A stretch of DNA of 64,000 nt from Catajapyx aquilonaris (taxonomy: Eukaryota). This document shows, piece by piece, positions 26,272 through 57,798 of this stretch. The stretch is taken from assembly GCA_000934665.2 (NCBI GenBank), contig KZ538491.1, positions 1 to 64,000 of the forward strand, read 5' to 3'. The position numbers and the translations under genes were made by a program. The notes beneath the pieces were generated by a model. It did not search any database and was not told the DNA's origin. It saw nothing but the letters and a program-made list of their open reading frames with translations. The first letter of the stretch is position 1; each line of letters opens with the position of its first letter.

Positions 26272-28363
26272 TCACTTCTCATACACTGTGGACACAATGT
26301 AGGCCTCGTTGCAAACTCGTCTGTGCAGGTCCAAGCTGTTTGGATTGTAAAAGCCCTTTCCACAGTCTTCACATTCATACAGCTTCTCCTCGCCATGACT
26401 TCGCTTATGCTTCTGCAGTTTGTCCTTGCGTGCAAATGCCATTCCACACTCACAGACATGAGGCCTCTCACCAGTGTGGGTGAGTTGGTGACGTGGCAGC
26501 TTGTCCTTACGAGAGAATGCCATGCCACACTCACAAACATAAGGTCTCTCCCCAGTGTGGATGAACTCATGCCTCCTCAGCTTATCCTTGCGAGCAAAAG
26601 CCATTCCACAGTCCTCACAAACGTAAGGTTTGTCCGGTGAGTAGCTCATCTTCCTCACCTGACTACTACTAGGTGTCGCCTTGCGTGGCTTTTCCTCCCT
26701 ACGGTCATTTCGTCCATAATTGACAGGCCTCACTATGGGCACTTTGTTGTTCACATGCCTGGAGTTGGTGTTCCCTCTTTTTTCCATCTCCGCAGTCCAA
26801 TATGTCGGTGTGCAGGGTGGCCCGTACACTTGCTTCAGACTGTTAATTAGTAAAAATAAATAATGCTTTAATTAATAATCTTTCTGGTCACTGCCAGTCT
26901 CAAGACTTAGCATGAACCCCATACCATCCCAGTCAGGATGCTCCTTTAGCAATTATTATTTACAGTACCCACAGCGTAACTTCTCAAAAAGTAGGCGGCG
27001 ACCTCTGCCTCTTCAAACACCCTATGCAATCTGATTGGTGGAGCAGGGAGCAGGGGGCGTCTGCTCCACCTCGCTCCACCAATCAGAGCGCTTAGGGATT
27101 GGTGTGTACAGTTCGGTTCATAAGAAATCCTCTTTCCATGTACTTTTTTTTTTTTTTAAATTAAACTCCGTGATGTCCCTTACGGCAGTGGTCCCCAACC
27201 TTTTTATCCCCCCGGACCGGTCAACGTTTCATAATTTTACCACGGCCCGCTGAGGGGGGGGGGGGGGGGGGGTACAGATTGTNTGATTTAATAATTTTCA
27301 TTTTATTGTACTTAAACATGGCTTAAAAATAAAATATAGTTACACCAAAAAATGAATATCAAGTGATTGAACATGTCACCTCACTAGATAACGCAAAATC
27401 AATGAGAACCCTGTGCAACGAGACGGTTCCATCTAGGGGTATAGCGTTGGAAATACCCTGCCAAGGCCAGAAATACCGTACCACGGCCCCAGATCAGACG
27501 ATATATCGATAAATGTAGAAAAAAATGAAATGGGAATAATTGGCCGGCCCGGTACCATTTGATCCACGGACCGGTACCGGTCCGCGGCCCGGGGGTTGGG
27601 GACCACTGCCTTACGGGATCTGTAGGGGGGTGGCACACCACCATCAGTTTTCTATATTTTCCAGCTTCTTTCTCCGGTGCAAGGAAACAGGGACATTGGG
27701 AAAGGATAGGGATTGTTGGGGAGGGGACACTTGTGCAGATCCAATGTCATGAAACCTTTGGGCCATGTGCAGTCCCCCAGGAGGTTAGGTTGCCCGACAC
27801 CTCCAAGGTGCAGGTCAGAGACCCTCCTGACGTAGGTGAAAGGGATCTCCCAGGCGGGGATCGAACCTGGGACCTTCCACTCAGCAAGCCGAGACGTTAC
27901 CATCTCGGCCACCACACCTCCCCGCTCTTTCCATGTACTGCTTAACCATAGAGGTCGCAATAATTGAGAAGTTAGGCTGTGGGTAGTTTATCATGTTTCT
28001 AGTAAAACATGACACCACTTCTCAGCAAACTCACGATTCCGCTGTCCTTGACATGACAGCCCTGCAATACCTAACTGGTGCCGAATCCTCCTGATGCGTG
28101 TGTGTCGCCTTCTGTTTCAGTACAGACTCTAAGTTGACCTCTTCCTTTGCTGTCCTCTCCTGGAACCTGGAATTTATCCAGCATCAAAACCTCTGTCGCC
28201 TGCCACATCGTAAACACCTTTACCTTTGTCTACCGTTGAAGTCGTACTCTCCCCAACACGAACCAACGCAGAAGGCCGAGTAGGCGCACACGGGGCATGT
28301 AACATCACAAGTTCTCCGCCATCCGTGGTGGCCCAGGGGCGTGCCCAGGGGCGAGGATTCCAT
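26272..28363 (-). CDS. C2H2 zinc-finger protein with four fingers; predicted exons 28363-28224, 28166-28071, 26839-26272
   Basis: Fingers joined by TGERP linkers (CEDC..HEFIH, CEC..HQLTH, CEC..HKRSH, CEDC..HRRVC). The two 5' exons are inferred from in-frame GT-AG junctions and are less certain. Confidence 0.75.
27145..27924 (-). mobile_element. tRNA-derived SINE with poly(A) tail, interrupted by a hAT MITE
   Basis: Minus-strand A box TGGCCGAGATGG and B box GGTTCGATCCC; T-run to 27157 is the poly(A) tail; 15-bp TSD ctctttccatgtact at 27130-27144 and 27925-27939. Confidence 0.88.
27186..27608. mobile_element. hAT/Charlie-type MITE
   Basis: TIRs CAGTGGTCCCCAACC / GGTTGGGGACCACTG with perfect 8-bp TSD ccttacgg (27178-27185, 27609-27616). 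Confidence 0.92.
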
Positions 28364-28589
28364 CTATTGAATCCACTTCACCATCTTCTCATCTTCAGAG
28401 ACATTCCACAATACACACATTTTTAAAAAAATCATTTTACAACCTCATCCACCTACTCATCCTTTTAATCGCATTAAAACTCAATTGCACTTAATTAATT
28501 ACATTAAATTCGAACACTAATTTCCCCCCCCCCCCCTATCACCACCCTTCCCTCCCTCCCCCCCTAATTTTTTTTTCGATATTCCCTCC

Positions 28590-28635
28590 TCCCGCCCGCT
28601 TCCGGTCACATGACCCGGTCCGCCATCTTGGTTGT
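28590..28635. promoter_or_regulatory. Likely bidirectional promoter core between the C2H2 gene and NAA15
   Basis: GC box CCCGCCC, ETS-like CTTCCGG, palindromic GGTCACATGACC (E-box) and YY1/Pho-like CCGCCATCTTG between divergent ATGs at 28363 and 28855. Confidence 0.5.
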
Positions 28636-28854
28636 CGCCACGAGGTTTTCGCTTCCCTTTGCTGCGATCCTTTCCCTCCCCTTATTAATTTTTTTATTAT
28701 TATTGGCCCAGGGGTTGTTCGGGGGGCGAATTCTAGCCTCGGATCCGCAGCATTGGAGTGGATAGAACCAGGAGGAGAGGAGAGTTAGAGTCCTCCAGGT
28801 CCCGGTACCCCCCCGTTCCACCCCGCCCATATAATTCCCGGTGAGAAGAACGCG

Positions 28855-47700
<18,846 letters not shown>

Positions 47701-48890
47701 ATTTAGCAGCTCACGTGTACATGGGACAGGCGAGCTCAGTGGATCCAGTTACAATTTTCCAGTTCTCTTCCTGACCCCACCCCCCCCCCCCCTCCCCACC
47801 CNCCTCTTTGTTTGTTTTCATTTTTTAAGACAATTATTTTGCTATTGTGACTGAACAGGCAACAAATCTGGATACTTACTTGTTACCGGTGTGTGCAACA
47901 TGTTTCATGACAAATATGTTTGCCGTCATGTGAGTTCTGTGCTAGAACCAAGTGGGCCATTTCACATGAACTTTGCATGGTGAAGCGTGGACTGCATTGC
48001 CAAAGGACCCATCACTATTGGTGCATGTTGCCTTATTTAAAACGCATGGAATTTTGTACGGAAATGTCGGGGTCATTCACGTTTCACGCAAGTCAAAAGT
48101 CATGGTAGTTGTCTACAAGTCTGGTTCTGATGTACTCTTATCATATCTGTTGGCTTTGTCCATACCAGTGAAGCAGGAGCAGCATCAGAAATCAACTGTC
48201 AGATAAAAGTGCCATTTACTATGGACCATCTTATAAGAAGTGTCGGTGCGTTCAGAAACAGACAATATTCTGTGAATATTACATGGCAGTTGACATGGGG
48301 AGTCGAGAATGTGGACTATCAAATTTGAGCTTTTTTTTTTTTTTTGGCTTGACATTTTTGCAAGTGGGATTGGCAGTTGTTTTACCTGTGGAATTTTCAT
48401 AGAGGCTTTCATATTCAAGGATTGAGGTACAATGGATAGTTTTTTTTTACGGGTAGAATTGATTCTCCAAGACTGTCTCCATTGCTTGTTTTGCATCCGG
48501 TGTGGCAGACTGTACAGTACGTCAAGCACTGCAGTGTTCATGAGCACTGACAATGGGCTCTTGAATTTATGTATGTTGTCACATTTTACAAATGAGCAGT
48601 GAGATTGTTTTCTGTACATTTTTAATACAGTGTAATGTGGGTACACAAAAAAAATCAAGAGGCTCATTATGCATGAAAAACAGGTGTTCAATGCGACCTA
48701 TGTGCACAAAAAGAAATGCCAGTACGGAGAGAGAAAAAATGTAATCCATGCATTGTTGTGGGGAGGGGGGTGAGAGATGAACATTAGATTAAATTAATGG
48801 GATGGTTGGAATTGGGCAAATGGCTCTGTGGAGGTGTAAAAAAAAATATTGCATAATATGATCAACAATAGTGATAAGTCCTGTTGTGTT

Positions 48891-50518
48891 TCAGCTCCTT
48901 TCCATCGATCCCAGGTCCTCTCCGCAATTCTTTCTTGGGCTTTGTCCATGTTTTACTACCTGTACATTTGAAACCAATGTTTGTTTTTTCCTACAAGAAT
49001 AAATACGCCAGAGTCATCTTGTCTGCACTGTACTTGTTTGACATGGTTGAACATCAGAGTGTGAACTTGCTTACATTCACCTTCTCAGGCGCTGACTCCA
49101 CATCAGCTTTGATGGGTGTTGCAGGCATCTGAGTGACCTTATTCCAGTCAATGGCATCGAAATCAATGACTATGCGTGGCTTCTGTGCCACAAACTTATC
49201 GTACTCAACTCCCGCAGAGTGAAACATTCTTCTGGCAGCAACCGTCTCCACCTTGTGGAAGTTCTTGTCTGACATGTACACTACACGCACGATGCCTGAC
49301 TGAATGATCACTTTAGCACACTCGTTGCAGGGGAACATGGCCACGTAGATGGAGCAACCTTTCACATCTGCAGTATTCTTGTTGAGAATTGCATTGACTT
49401 CAGCATGGCACACTGAAATGAATTTCAAGACCTGATTAACGCCAGCTCGGAGAAGATGGGCGTACAGATTTCCCAGCGACTCAAGTGGGACGAGCTGTCC
49501 ACAAGACTGGAAAATGATTTAAGATAACTGCGCATTTATGAAGTTTTTGCTACCAAGAGTAATAAAATATGGGCTGTACTAATATATTGGCATAAAGACA
49601 CCAGTGACTCGAATGTAACCTTTGCATTCTCAATTACATTAGATGGTATTATTGAATAGAATGATGTTTTTTATCACTGTTACATGTACAAGAAAATTTA
49701 TATGTAAATATGTTTTAAATGCAAAATATTCAGATTTCCATTAAATATCTTATTTTTCCCATATTTACCTTATCTTGGCATGAAAGGTGTGATTGATTTT
49801 TAAACATTTAATGTCAAGATAAGACTGGGCATGTTCATAAAAAGGCCAGTCTCCAAGCTAAAATATTGCCCCGATTTGAAGTCTCGAGCGGGGAAGAAAT
49901 AATCATGAATTCCCATCCTCAATTTGAAAATGAATTGTATTGTACATTCCTGTACGGTATCACGAAATATTCCAAATTGAATAACTGGTTTTTATTTTTC
50001 ATCTAATTATGCCATAGACTGTAAAGTGTAAAGAAGTAGCGCTGCTCTAATGTATGCGGCCATAAGTGCCTGACGTTCACTAACATTTACGGCTATGAGC
50101 TCAATTTTCATACCCACGGTACCGGTACTAATACCATTTTGTCAGTATTGGCCATTACACATTAACTCACCATACATGTACTTGGTGCTGAGCGCATCGT
50201 TGGACTCCTTCTGCCACGGGAACTCATCATCCGGGCAGCCATTGGGCATCCCGTTGTATCCCACCCCGACAATCTTATTCTCCCCGTTGACAACGCACGC
50301 ACCCACTTGGGACGCCGGATCCTTGCTCCTCATGGCTGCCAGAAAAGCCACCGCCATGAAATAATCCGGCCAAGGCAGATAATCCTCCCTCTTTTTGTTA
50401 ACATCCCTGAAATAAGGCAATGCATTACATGTCTTTTTCAGTGTACTGATGAGGCTGTATACCTGGCTTCGTTGCTTTTGGCCTCAGAGGTGTCCAAGTT
50501 GAGCATGTTACTAGCCAT
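48891..50518 (-). CDS. DCTD: dCMP deaminase; exons 50518-50463, 50406-50171, 49412-49075, 48959-48891
   Basis: [76 protein letters not shown] (HxE and PCxxC zinc motifs). Confidence 0.96.
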
Positions 50519-51258
50519 ACCGTACGGCAGTCCTTCAGTGTGTCGCAAACTGTCTGGACAGGCCTGAGTATCTCCACCACGTGGTTTATTTTTCACCGGT
50601 CTTTATCTTATCCTGTGAGCCGACCGCCAAAAATGTCCGTTACGCACATGGCCTCCCACTGTTGCCAGAATGTGCATTGCTTGACACATGCTGCAAACAA
50701 TCATTTCATCTAATTACAACAGGTGCAACGGACCAAAGCAAGGTGTGGTTTTCAACTGTAGCGTGGGTCAAGGTTGGGTCATAAATATAGCATGTATTTC
50801 TTTGTCTGGCTCGGCTGATAAGCATATGTTTGGGATGCAGTGCCAATTAGCTCGTATCTTATTAATTGCCATTGTCTGGCTGAATTCCTTCGCGGTTCAA
50901 CGATGGTCAAGACGATTTCTAGAGATTTGAATGTAGTTATAGGCATTGCAAACCGGGTTACATGTTGCGTATGATGCAGGATTGTTTCGGAGGTCAGGGT
51001 TAGTTGTGCAAGTTGACTGGTGTACAATGGAGATCCTGGAGAGAGAAAGTGCGACATGAGCGGTGTGTGTTGCCATAATACTGATTTAGGAGTCGTCCGT
51101 TAATTACGTGAGATGCTGTTACATTATATGGTAATTAAAAAAAGATTAAATGTGAACTAATTAAGGCACTTCGGAAAGGGTTTTACTGTCATCTTGGGAA
51201 AGTCTTATCTTTTTTATAGACAGCTTGCTAGCCTCGCAACTTATCAGGTTACACCGGC

Positions 51259-51339
51259 GTTGCCCGGGTATGTTGTGGTGGTAGTGGTCGGGGATTAGCC
51301 TAATCCCCGACCACTACCACCACAACATACCCGGGCAAC
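51259..51339. repeat. Perfect 40-bp inverted repeat with a 1-nt spacer
   Basis: GTTGCCCGGGTATGTTGTGGTGGTAGTGGTCGGGGATTAG-C-CTAATCCCCGACCACTACCACCACAACATACCCGGGCAAC. Confidence 0.95.
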
Positions 51340-53512
51340 TTCCGGGAAGTTTATTCGCATTTCATATACACTCGATAATCGATATGCCTTAAAAATGGTC
51401 ATTGTGTAGTGGGCTAATTGAAAACAATAAGCCAAAGTTTGTCATTACCTGTATAGGACAGAAGGGTGAAACCCCTGCACAGCAGGGCGATGATTCCAGT
51501 TCTTGTAATACTACCCGGTATGCCGGTATATAATCTGAATCGGGGGAAACTTGCGTAAAATAATGTCATTTTATTGTGACAGCCGTTCTAATTACACAAC
51601 TTGTTTCAAAATCCTAGGATTTGGATTTCAATAGTGTGTTTCTAATAAGACAAACTTTCCACAGCGTGTTTTAATAACGATTACATTGCTGAAAATCATT
51701 GCTTGATAATTGTTGGCAAGTAGCAACAGTGAGCTTTATTGTTCATAAAAATGTACAATAATAAATTATCAGTCCCCCATTTGTGCAATTAACCTAACCT
51801 CTCGATATCAATTTGTGGACCATCGACCATGCTGCGAATGGTAGAAATTATCCTCCAGTTTATGCCGTCCTCCATTCACCTGATAGGTAAGTCACCTATC
51901 CCGCAGGATACGAGGATCATTAGTTATTATTGACAGAGAGCGTAACGCATTAGCAGGGAATTGTCTCCTTTAACTGGATCTGTTTAATCCTACAAAATCA
52001 TAAAAAATCTAAATCCGAAATGAAGGACCCATCAAGTTTTGAGAAAATGGTGCTTTTTTATTGTTGCAAAACTAATTGAGTCAACAATATTATTCTACGC
52101 CCCCACTCTTCAATACTTACTTCTTCTTACTGTAATTTTCACATAGCTCCACAATATTTTTTGTGGTAAATTAATTTAGTGTTCATACATATTTTATGAT
52201 GATGATACTCGTATAACTTACACTGAATATGGTCAATCTAATTGCCATGTAGTGTTCCAGTGGATTAATGTAGCACAACTAGGAGTTACGGAAGTAAATC
52301 GCATAACAGTGAAAATATTTGCTAAGCTAAAAGTGAAATTAATGTAAATAGAGCATACTTAGATTCCATACATTTGAAGCACCCCCTGTTCCTGAAAGAA
52401 AGTTTTTTTTTTTTACTTTTACGGCAATCATTTTTTTTGCCCACTCTTGCACAAAATGCAAGGAATACTGTACAGTACATCAAAATTACTGGTGCAAGCA
52501 CTGCATGGTTGACTGCATACCGGTTACCTTCACTGTTCAGTGTTGTTAAGTGTATGCAGATGGCACGTATAGGGTATCTATATGTACTGGATTAAGTATA
52601 TGATCAAAATGAATTATTTATAGAGAGGCACCAGACAAATCAAATAATTGATACATGCTACACTAGTATTGGGCAACATTTTTCTGACTCACAGCTCTTG
52701 GATCTTTCAGTAGTGTCTATACCCTACATTAGTAAACCCTAACCCGATGATGAGTTGGTGAAGTTGATGCGTCAAATGAGACGCAAACTAACAGGTCAGT
52801 GTCTGTTGCAAGGGGTGCAGGAGTGGTTTGGAAGGCTGTTTAGAAAATAAATGGAGGGCACGGCAGAGAGGAAGTGGGGCCCAATCCGTGGGGGGCCGAC
52901 GTGGGGCTTGTGACCCTCTGACAGAAAGAAAAGAGATACTACCACCCCCCCTCCACCGCCTGCCCTTTTTCCAACAAGTTCACTTCTGGCCCTTCTGGCA
53001 CATGCACAACCAAATGTCCCGAATCTTGCGGCGTCTCCAGTCCATAAAGACCCGAAATGTATATTTTTTCCCCTTCTCTGGATCGGCCCCCCATTTTTTT
53101 TCAGTTTGCAGGTGGCCCTCTCTTTGGGTGTAGATACATGTGAGATAGTATCCTCCCACCAACAACTTTTAACCTCCCCAGCCTTCCTATCCACCCACCC
53201 CCTTGAAACCTCCAACCAAAACCATAACCGGATCCTCATGTTTATTTTCACTGCCGCCAGCTTGAGTTATTGTTACATCCTACTGCGATTGTTGCCAACT
53301 AACATTTGCTTGCTTTTTTTATCGTCAAACCTCCGAGGCATTTGAACGGTGGTCTGGTTTTGGAGCAATGTTTGTCAGCTGATTCCGATGCCAATATTTT
53401 ATGACTTAAAGTTCAACAATCAATGGGCGAAAAATGCGTATATTTTATTGACACATACACTCACTTTATTCACAGATATACACAGCACTGTCGTACTAAT
53501 ATTGTCCCATTG

Positions 53513-56500
53513 TCAATTCTTGAGTTCCAAAGCCCACACGTGCTGGGGCCATCCGGTACGACCTTTGCCCTTCCTCTCACCGCTGCCCAATCCTCCCGAG
53601 GACGCCGTCGCTGTTCCCAAAGCCGACGCCTGCCGAATATAAAGACACTAATGTGATTAACATTGTCCTTCCCATACACTCCAATCCGACTGATGGACCC
53701 ACAATGAGACACTGCCGCCTCCCATGGTGACAAATAGTCAGGTGATAACTATCTGGGATCTGGCCAGCATCCCACAGATTTACTTATTATTAGCTGAGTG
53801 GATTGGTGTGTCCAAACCACGGGGTTACTAGTGATGTAACATTATTCTGCGTCGTGCGAACCCGATCGGAGGCGACAAAAATCCTGCCCCTTTCCGGGTT
53901 GTTTAGTCTGACCCTCTGAAACTTCACGGGGTGTCCCCCTTACCCACAAGTAACCGGAACACACACACAAAAAAAAGGGACCCGTTCAGGACCTAACGTG
54001 ATCAACGTAGGGGTAGGGCCGTTGATGTGAAATGACCTATGAGGTTATCAGTCTCGGTTGAGATTATTTTGTTTGTCGAAAATCTATGGGGCCTTATATT
54101 CCTCGGTTGAACGAGAAAAGGGCAAAGAAAATATCAGTTGATAATATTTGTCAAAAATAATATTGGTGTTAACTTACAAGGTCCCTCTTCCGTCGTTCTT
54201 CGCATCGCTCCAGCTTCCTGGAGAGCTCAGCCCTGAACCCTGTAGGAGGATTGGCCCCTGGTTCGCCCCTGAGGATCTCCATGAGGTAGGCGATGTATGA
54301 TGTGGCAAGTCGTAGGGTCTTGATCTTGGAGAGCTTTGTGTCCGATGGGACATTTGGGATGCAATCGCGCAGCTCGGCAAAGGCGTTGTTGATGCTTTGG
54401 GTTCTCCTGGAGCCGGGGAAACAAAAGTCGCACCCAGCCCTTTTCTACAGATTCGCCGTTTGGATTCCAACAATTTGGCATCAGGAAATAGGTTCATGCA
54501 GTGAGAGAGAGTAACTGTGTCAGGGTACCTGCGTTCCTTTCTGTTGGCGGTGGTCCTCCTCTTGACAGGCCGGTGTTGCTGCTGGACCACGTTGAGGTCT
54601 GTTTGGCATGGAGGAGGGGACAGGTGCTCTGAAGGTGGTAGACTGCCTGGGACCAGGTCAGGTTGGCCCAGGTAAGGGTTGGGTGGTGGTGGTGGAGGAG
54701 GGCCAAAGGACCACGTGCCATACAGGGACGGATCAGACAGATTGTGCTGTGGGGGGAAGCAGGAATCATATATAAAATAATAAAGGTTATTAAAATAATA
54801 TCACCTTCCAGTCATTTTATAACCTAATAATTACATAGTTGATGAAACGATGCATTAAAGACTAAAAGGTGTGCTCATTCATTAAATTCGACGAGTAAGC
54901 TTACTATTGTAACCGACCTTCTCATATTTTGAGTATGCGGTACATAAATGCGATGTTATTATAGCGTACACCTGTATATTATTCTTGAAATATGTTCAGA
55001 GAAAACTGTGAAGCTTTAAAATAATACACAATGGCTGGCCTTCTACTTTCGAAGAAGTACGCATTCCTGACAACACCTTGTCATTGACGGCATGAGTCAA
55101 AGTCTGTTATTCCGTCAAATCGTAAGTTTTTCTGATTCATTAGATATGACTCTTGCAAAAGCGACTTGCACTGGTAAGCTTTGGGAGGTATATTATTTGT
55201 AAATAATTTCTTTTTCTGCCACATGCGCTAACCCTTTAATCTTTACCTATACAATTCCATAAATTATACAGTTGAATCCGGATATAACAGCCACGGCTAT
55301 AACGAAGTTTTGGTTATAACATACTCGAAAGGTCGGTCCCGGCAAACCTCCATAAGTATTTTTACGCCTGATATAACAGACTCATTTCACATCACATCAG
55401 CTATAACATACCTTTTATTTTTTGGCCCCTTGAAAGGAAAATATGCTATTTTTTATTACTCCTCTTCCTTTTCCACGACAGAAAAGCACTGCATACTGGA
55501 GCCGGAGCGGGGATGATTTTTCTACAGTCTGTCACTGATCTAACACTTGCCGAAAAGGTCAAAATCATACATTTTCTGGTATATTTAGCAAGAAAGAGAC
55601 GGCAGGAAAAAAATTACAGATTTTTTGGGATCCTACCTAAGTTATATGGGTGAGCAGATTTCGCAGCATGCTTGGGGATAGTTTCATTATAATCAGTATC
55701 GACAGTATGCAGTATAGTATATGCATTATGTGGAAAGCAGAAAACTTTGTGTAACTTATTCGTTGAAAAAGTTTCGATTTGGCTATAACGACAGACCTCT
55801 GTTAAAAGATACTGATTTCCTCGGTCCCTTGAAGTCTGTTATATCCGGATTCAATAATTGTACTTGATTTAAACAGGACTAAAAATATTGAGAACTATTC
55901 AGAAAATAGTGCCAGAATAAGATTTTACACATTTTGTGAGTGAAAAATTGGAGACCGGCAGTTATGCGGAAAGCTTCTTCAAGGCTTGTATTATGGCAAT
56001 ATTACGGTATTCCTTTTGCTGCATTTGAGAACGAAGGAAACAATTTTAAAATGTTAACTTTTTGAATGTTAACAAAGAGTGATTCTGTCAGGTGGATATC
56101 GAGGAATGTAGCACTATATAAATAATGAATTATACAGTGCGCGGGGCAATAAAATAGGAATAGTCCTTGAAGTATACGGTGAAAGACTTCGCACTCTGCT
56201 TTTACATTTCCCTATAATGTCGTATTTTTCCTCCGCACCTGATAACGCATTATGGAAAGACGTACCAAAGAAATCCTCCAGGATGCGTCATAAGTCATTA
56301 GAAAACATTAATTCTTATAAACCTATACGTTTACCGAATTGTGTGACGCGAAATGTTTAGAATTTGGTTTTTTTTTCTGAATTATGAAAAACCGCCTTTA
56401 TAGAGCAATATTACGAGATGCATTAATTAGGTGTAGGCCACTTTGAATAACGTGCCTCTTGAGTTGATTCGAATTAATGTCAGCGGAACTACGTCTCTAC

Positions 56501-57798
56501 ATAGGGCCTATACTGTCAATAAAGTATGACAGTACATTTCTAAAGGCAAGCTTAATTTTTAAAAAACAGTAGGCCTGGTAGAATAAGCTTGCACTCGGTT
56601 AATTTCACTTAGTCAGGTGTTCCGGGTCCATTTCCAAACAGTTGGTGCAGATTTGGAATGAGAATAGTACAGTTGAATCGGGATATAACAGACTTCAAGG
56701 GATCGCGGAAATCAGTCTGTTATAGCCCTGTTATATCCCGATTCAACTGTACTATTCTCATTCCAAATCTGCACTTTAGGTTATAACAAACTCGAAAGGC
56801 CGGTCCCAGCATGCTGGGACCGGCCTTTCGAGTTTGTCGTTATAACCTAAAGTTATACAGACGAGGCTGTTATATCCGGATTCAACTGTAATATGGAATA
56901 GTATTGTTACCGTATTGCAGCATATTTTACTTTGTTGCTCCAGTTTGATATAACACTATTTTAATGATAAATAAATGAAAATAACTATGTATAATGTATA
57001 ACAGTGATGCGCGGTACTTTACCCGCACGGGAACGTTTAGATCTGTTAACAAAATGTGATACAAGTAAAAAAATATATATCTACCACGCACTGACTAGCA
57101 AAAGAATGTTTTGTCTGATCATCCCTACACCCGCAAGCTGTATATACTCGTATATAGGTTACTCACATAACTGAGCACTGTATAATTTTCGTACTTTTCA
57201 GAAGAATTACGTATTATTATCATTTTGCGACATGTACATTATTTTCTCAAACATTGCTCCGTGTGACAAGAGGACTTTATTGGGCCAGTTGCACCAGAGC
57301 AAAATGCAGGTTCAATAATTCCTACCAAGGGTAGACCAGTTCCTAAAACTGAATCTTGTGAGGAACTGTTGGTAAATCTTAGAACAAGTGGTTTATATAA
57401 TAATCTATGTTATTCACAAAGGATCATTACATCGATATTAACTTGTGCGAATTAATTAGCGAACATATAGCTGCATGGATCTATGTTAATGCAGTTCTTT
57501 CGTTATTGTACAGTGTATTTTGATACACAGGTTCTAATTTCGCAATTATTCCACGCAATATAATTATTTTTTTCTGCTCATTTTCTTGCTACATTTACCT
57601 CATTGATATATCTGCAGGTAATGCTCAATTTAAAGAAATTGAAGATTCCGCTTTCAGACAGAAGCTTTTTGAAAATATTGCATGCTCTTACAAAAATGCG
57701 TCCTTATACAGTACCTCAGTAGGTGCGTCGAAGAAAGGTGCGAAGAGAGGCTCAGAAGCTGCACAAGAGGCACCCACAAAAGACGCCGCAAAACTCAT
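53513..57798 (-). CDS. HAND: Hand bHLH transcription factor; exons 57798-57715 (inferred first exon), 54746-54529, 54406-54178, 53629-53513
   Basis: Spliced product has [60 protein letters not shown] (Hand bHLH) and the Hand-specific C-terminus [17 protein letters not shown]. Confidence 0.95.
55269..55854. mobile_element. pogo/Tigger-like MITE in Hand intron 1
   Basis: TA-CAGTTGAATCCGGATATAACAG ... CTGTTATATCCGGATTCAA; right tip degenerate. Confidence 0.75.
56645..56890. mobile_element. Rearranged second copy of the same pogo/Tigger-like MITE with fold-back duplications
   Basis: Three TIR copies (CAGTTGAATCGGGATATAACAG, CTGTTATATCCCGATTCAACTG, CTGTTATATCCGGATTCAACTG); shares internal sequence with 55269-55854. 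Confidence 0.75.

Noticed and set aside
51259..51339. pre-miRNA
   Set aside because: A perfect stem with a 1-nt spacer lacks the loop and bulges of Drosha/Dicer substrates; no recognisable mature miRNA
52796..53345. ORFs downstream of Hand
   Set aside because: Low-complexity sequence with no motifs, most likely the Hand 3' UTR
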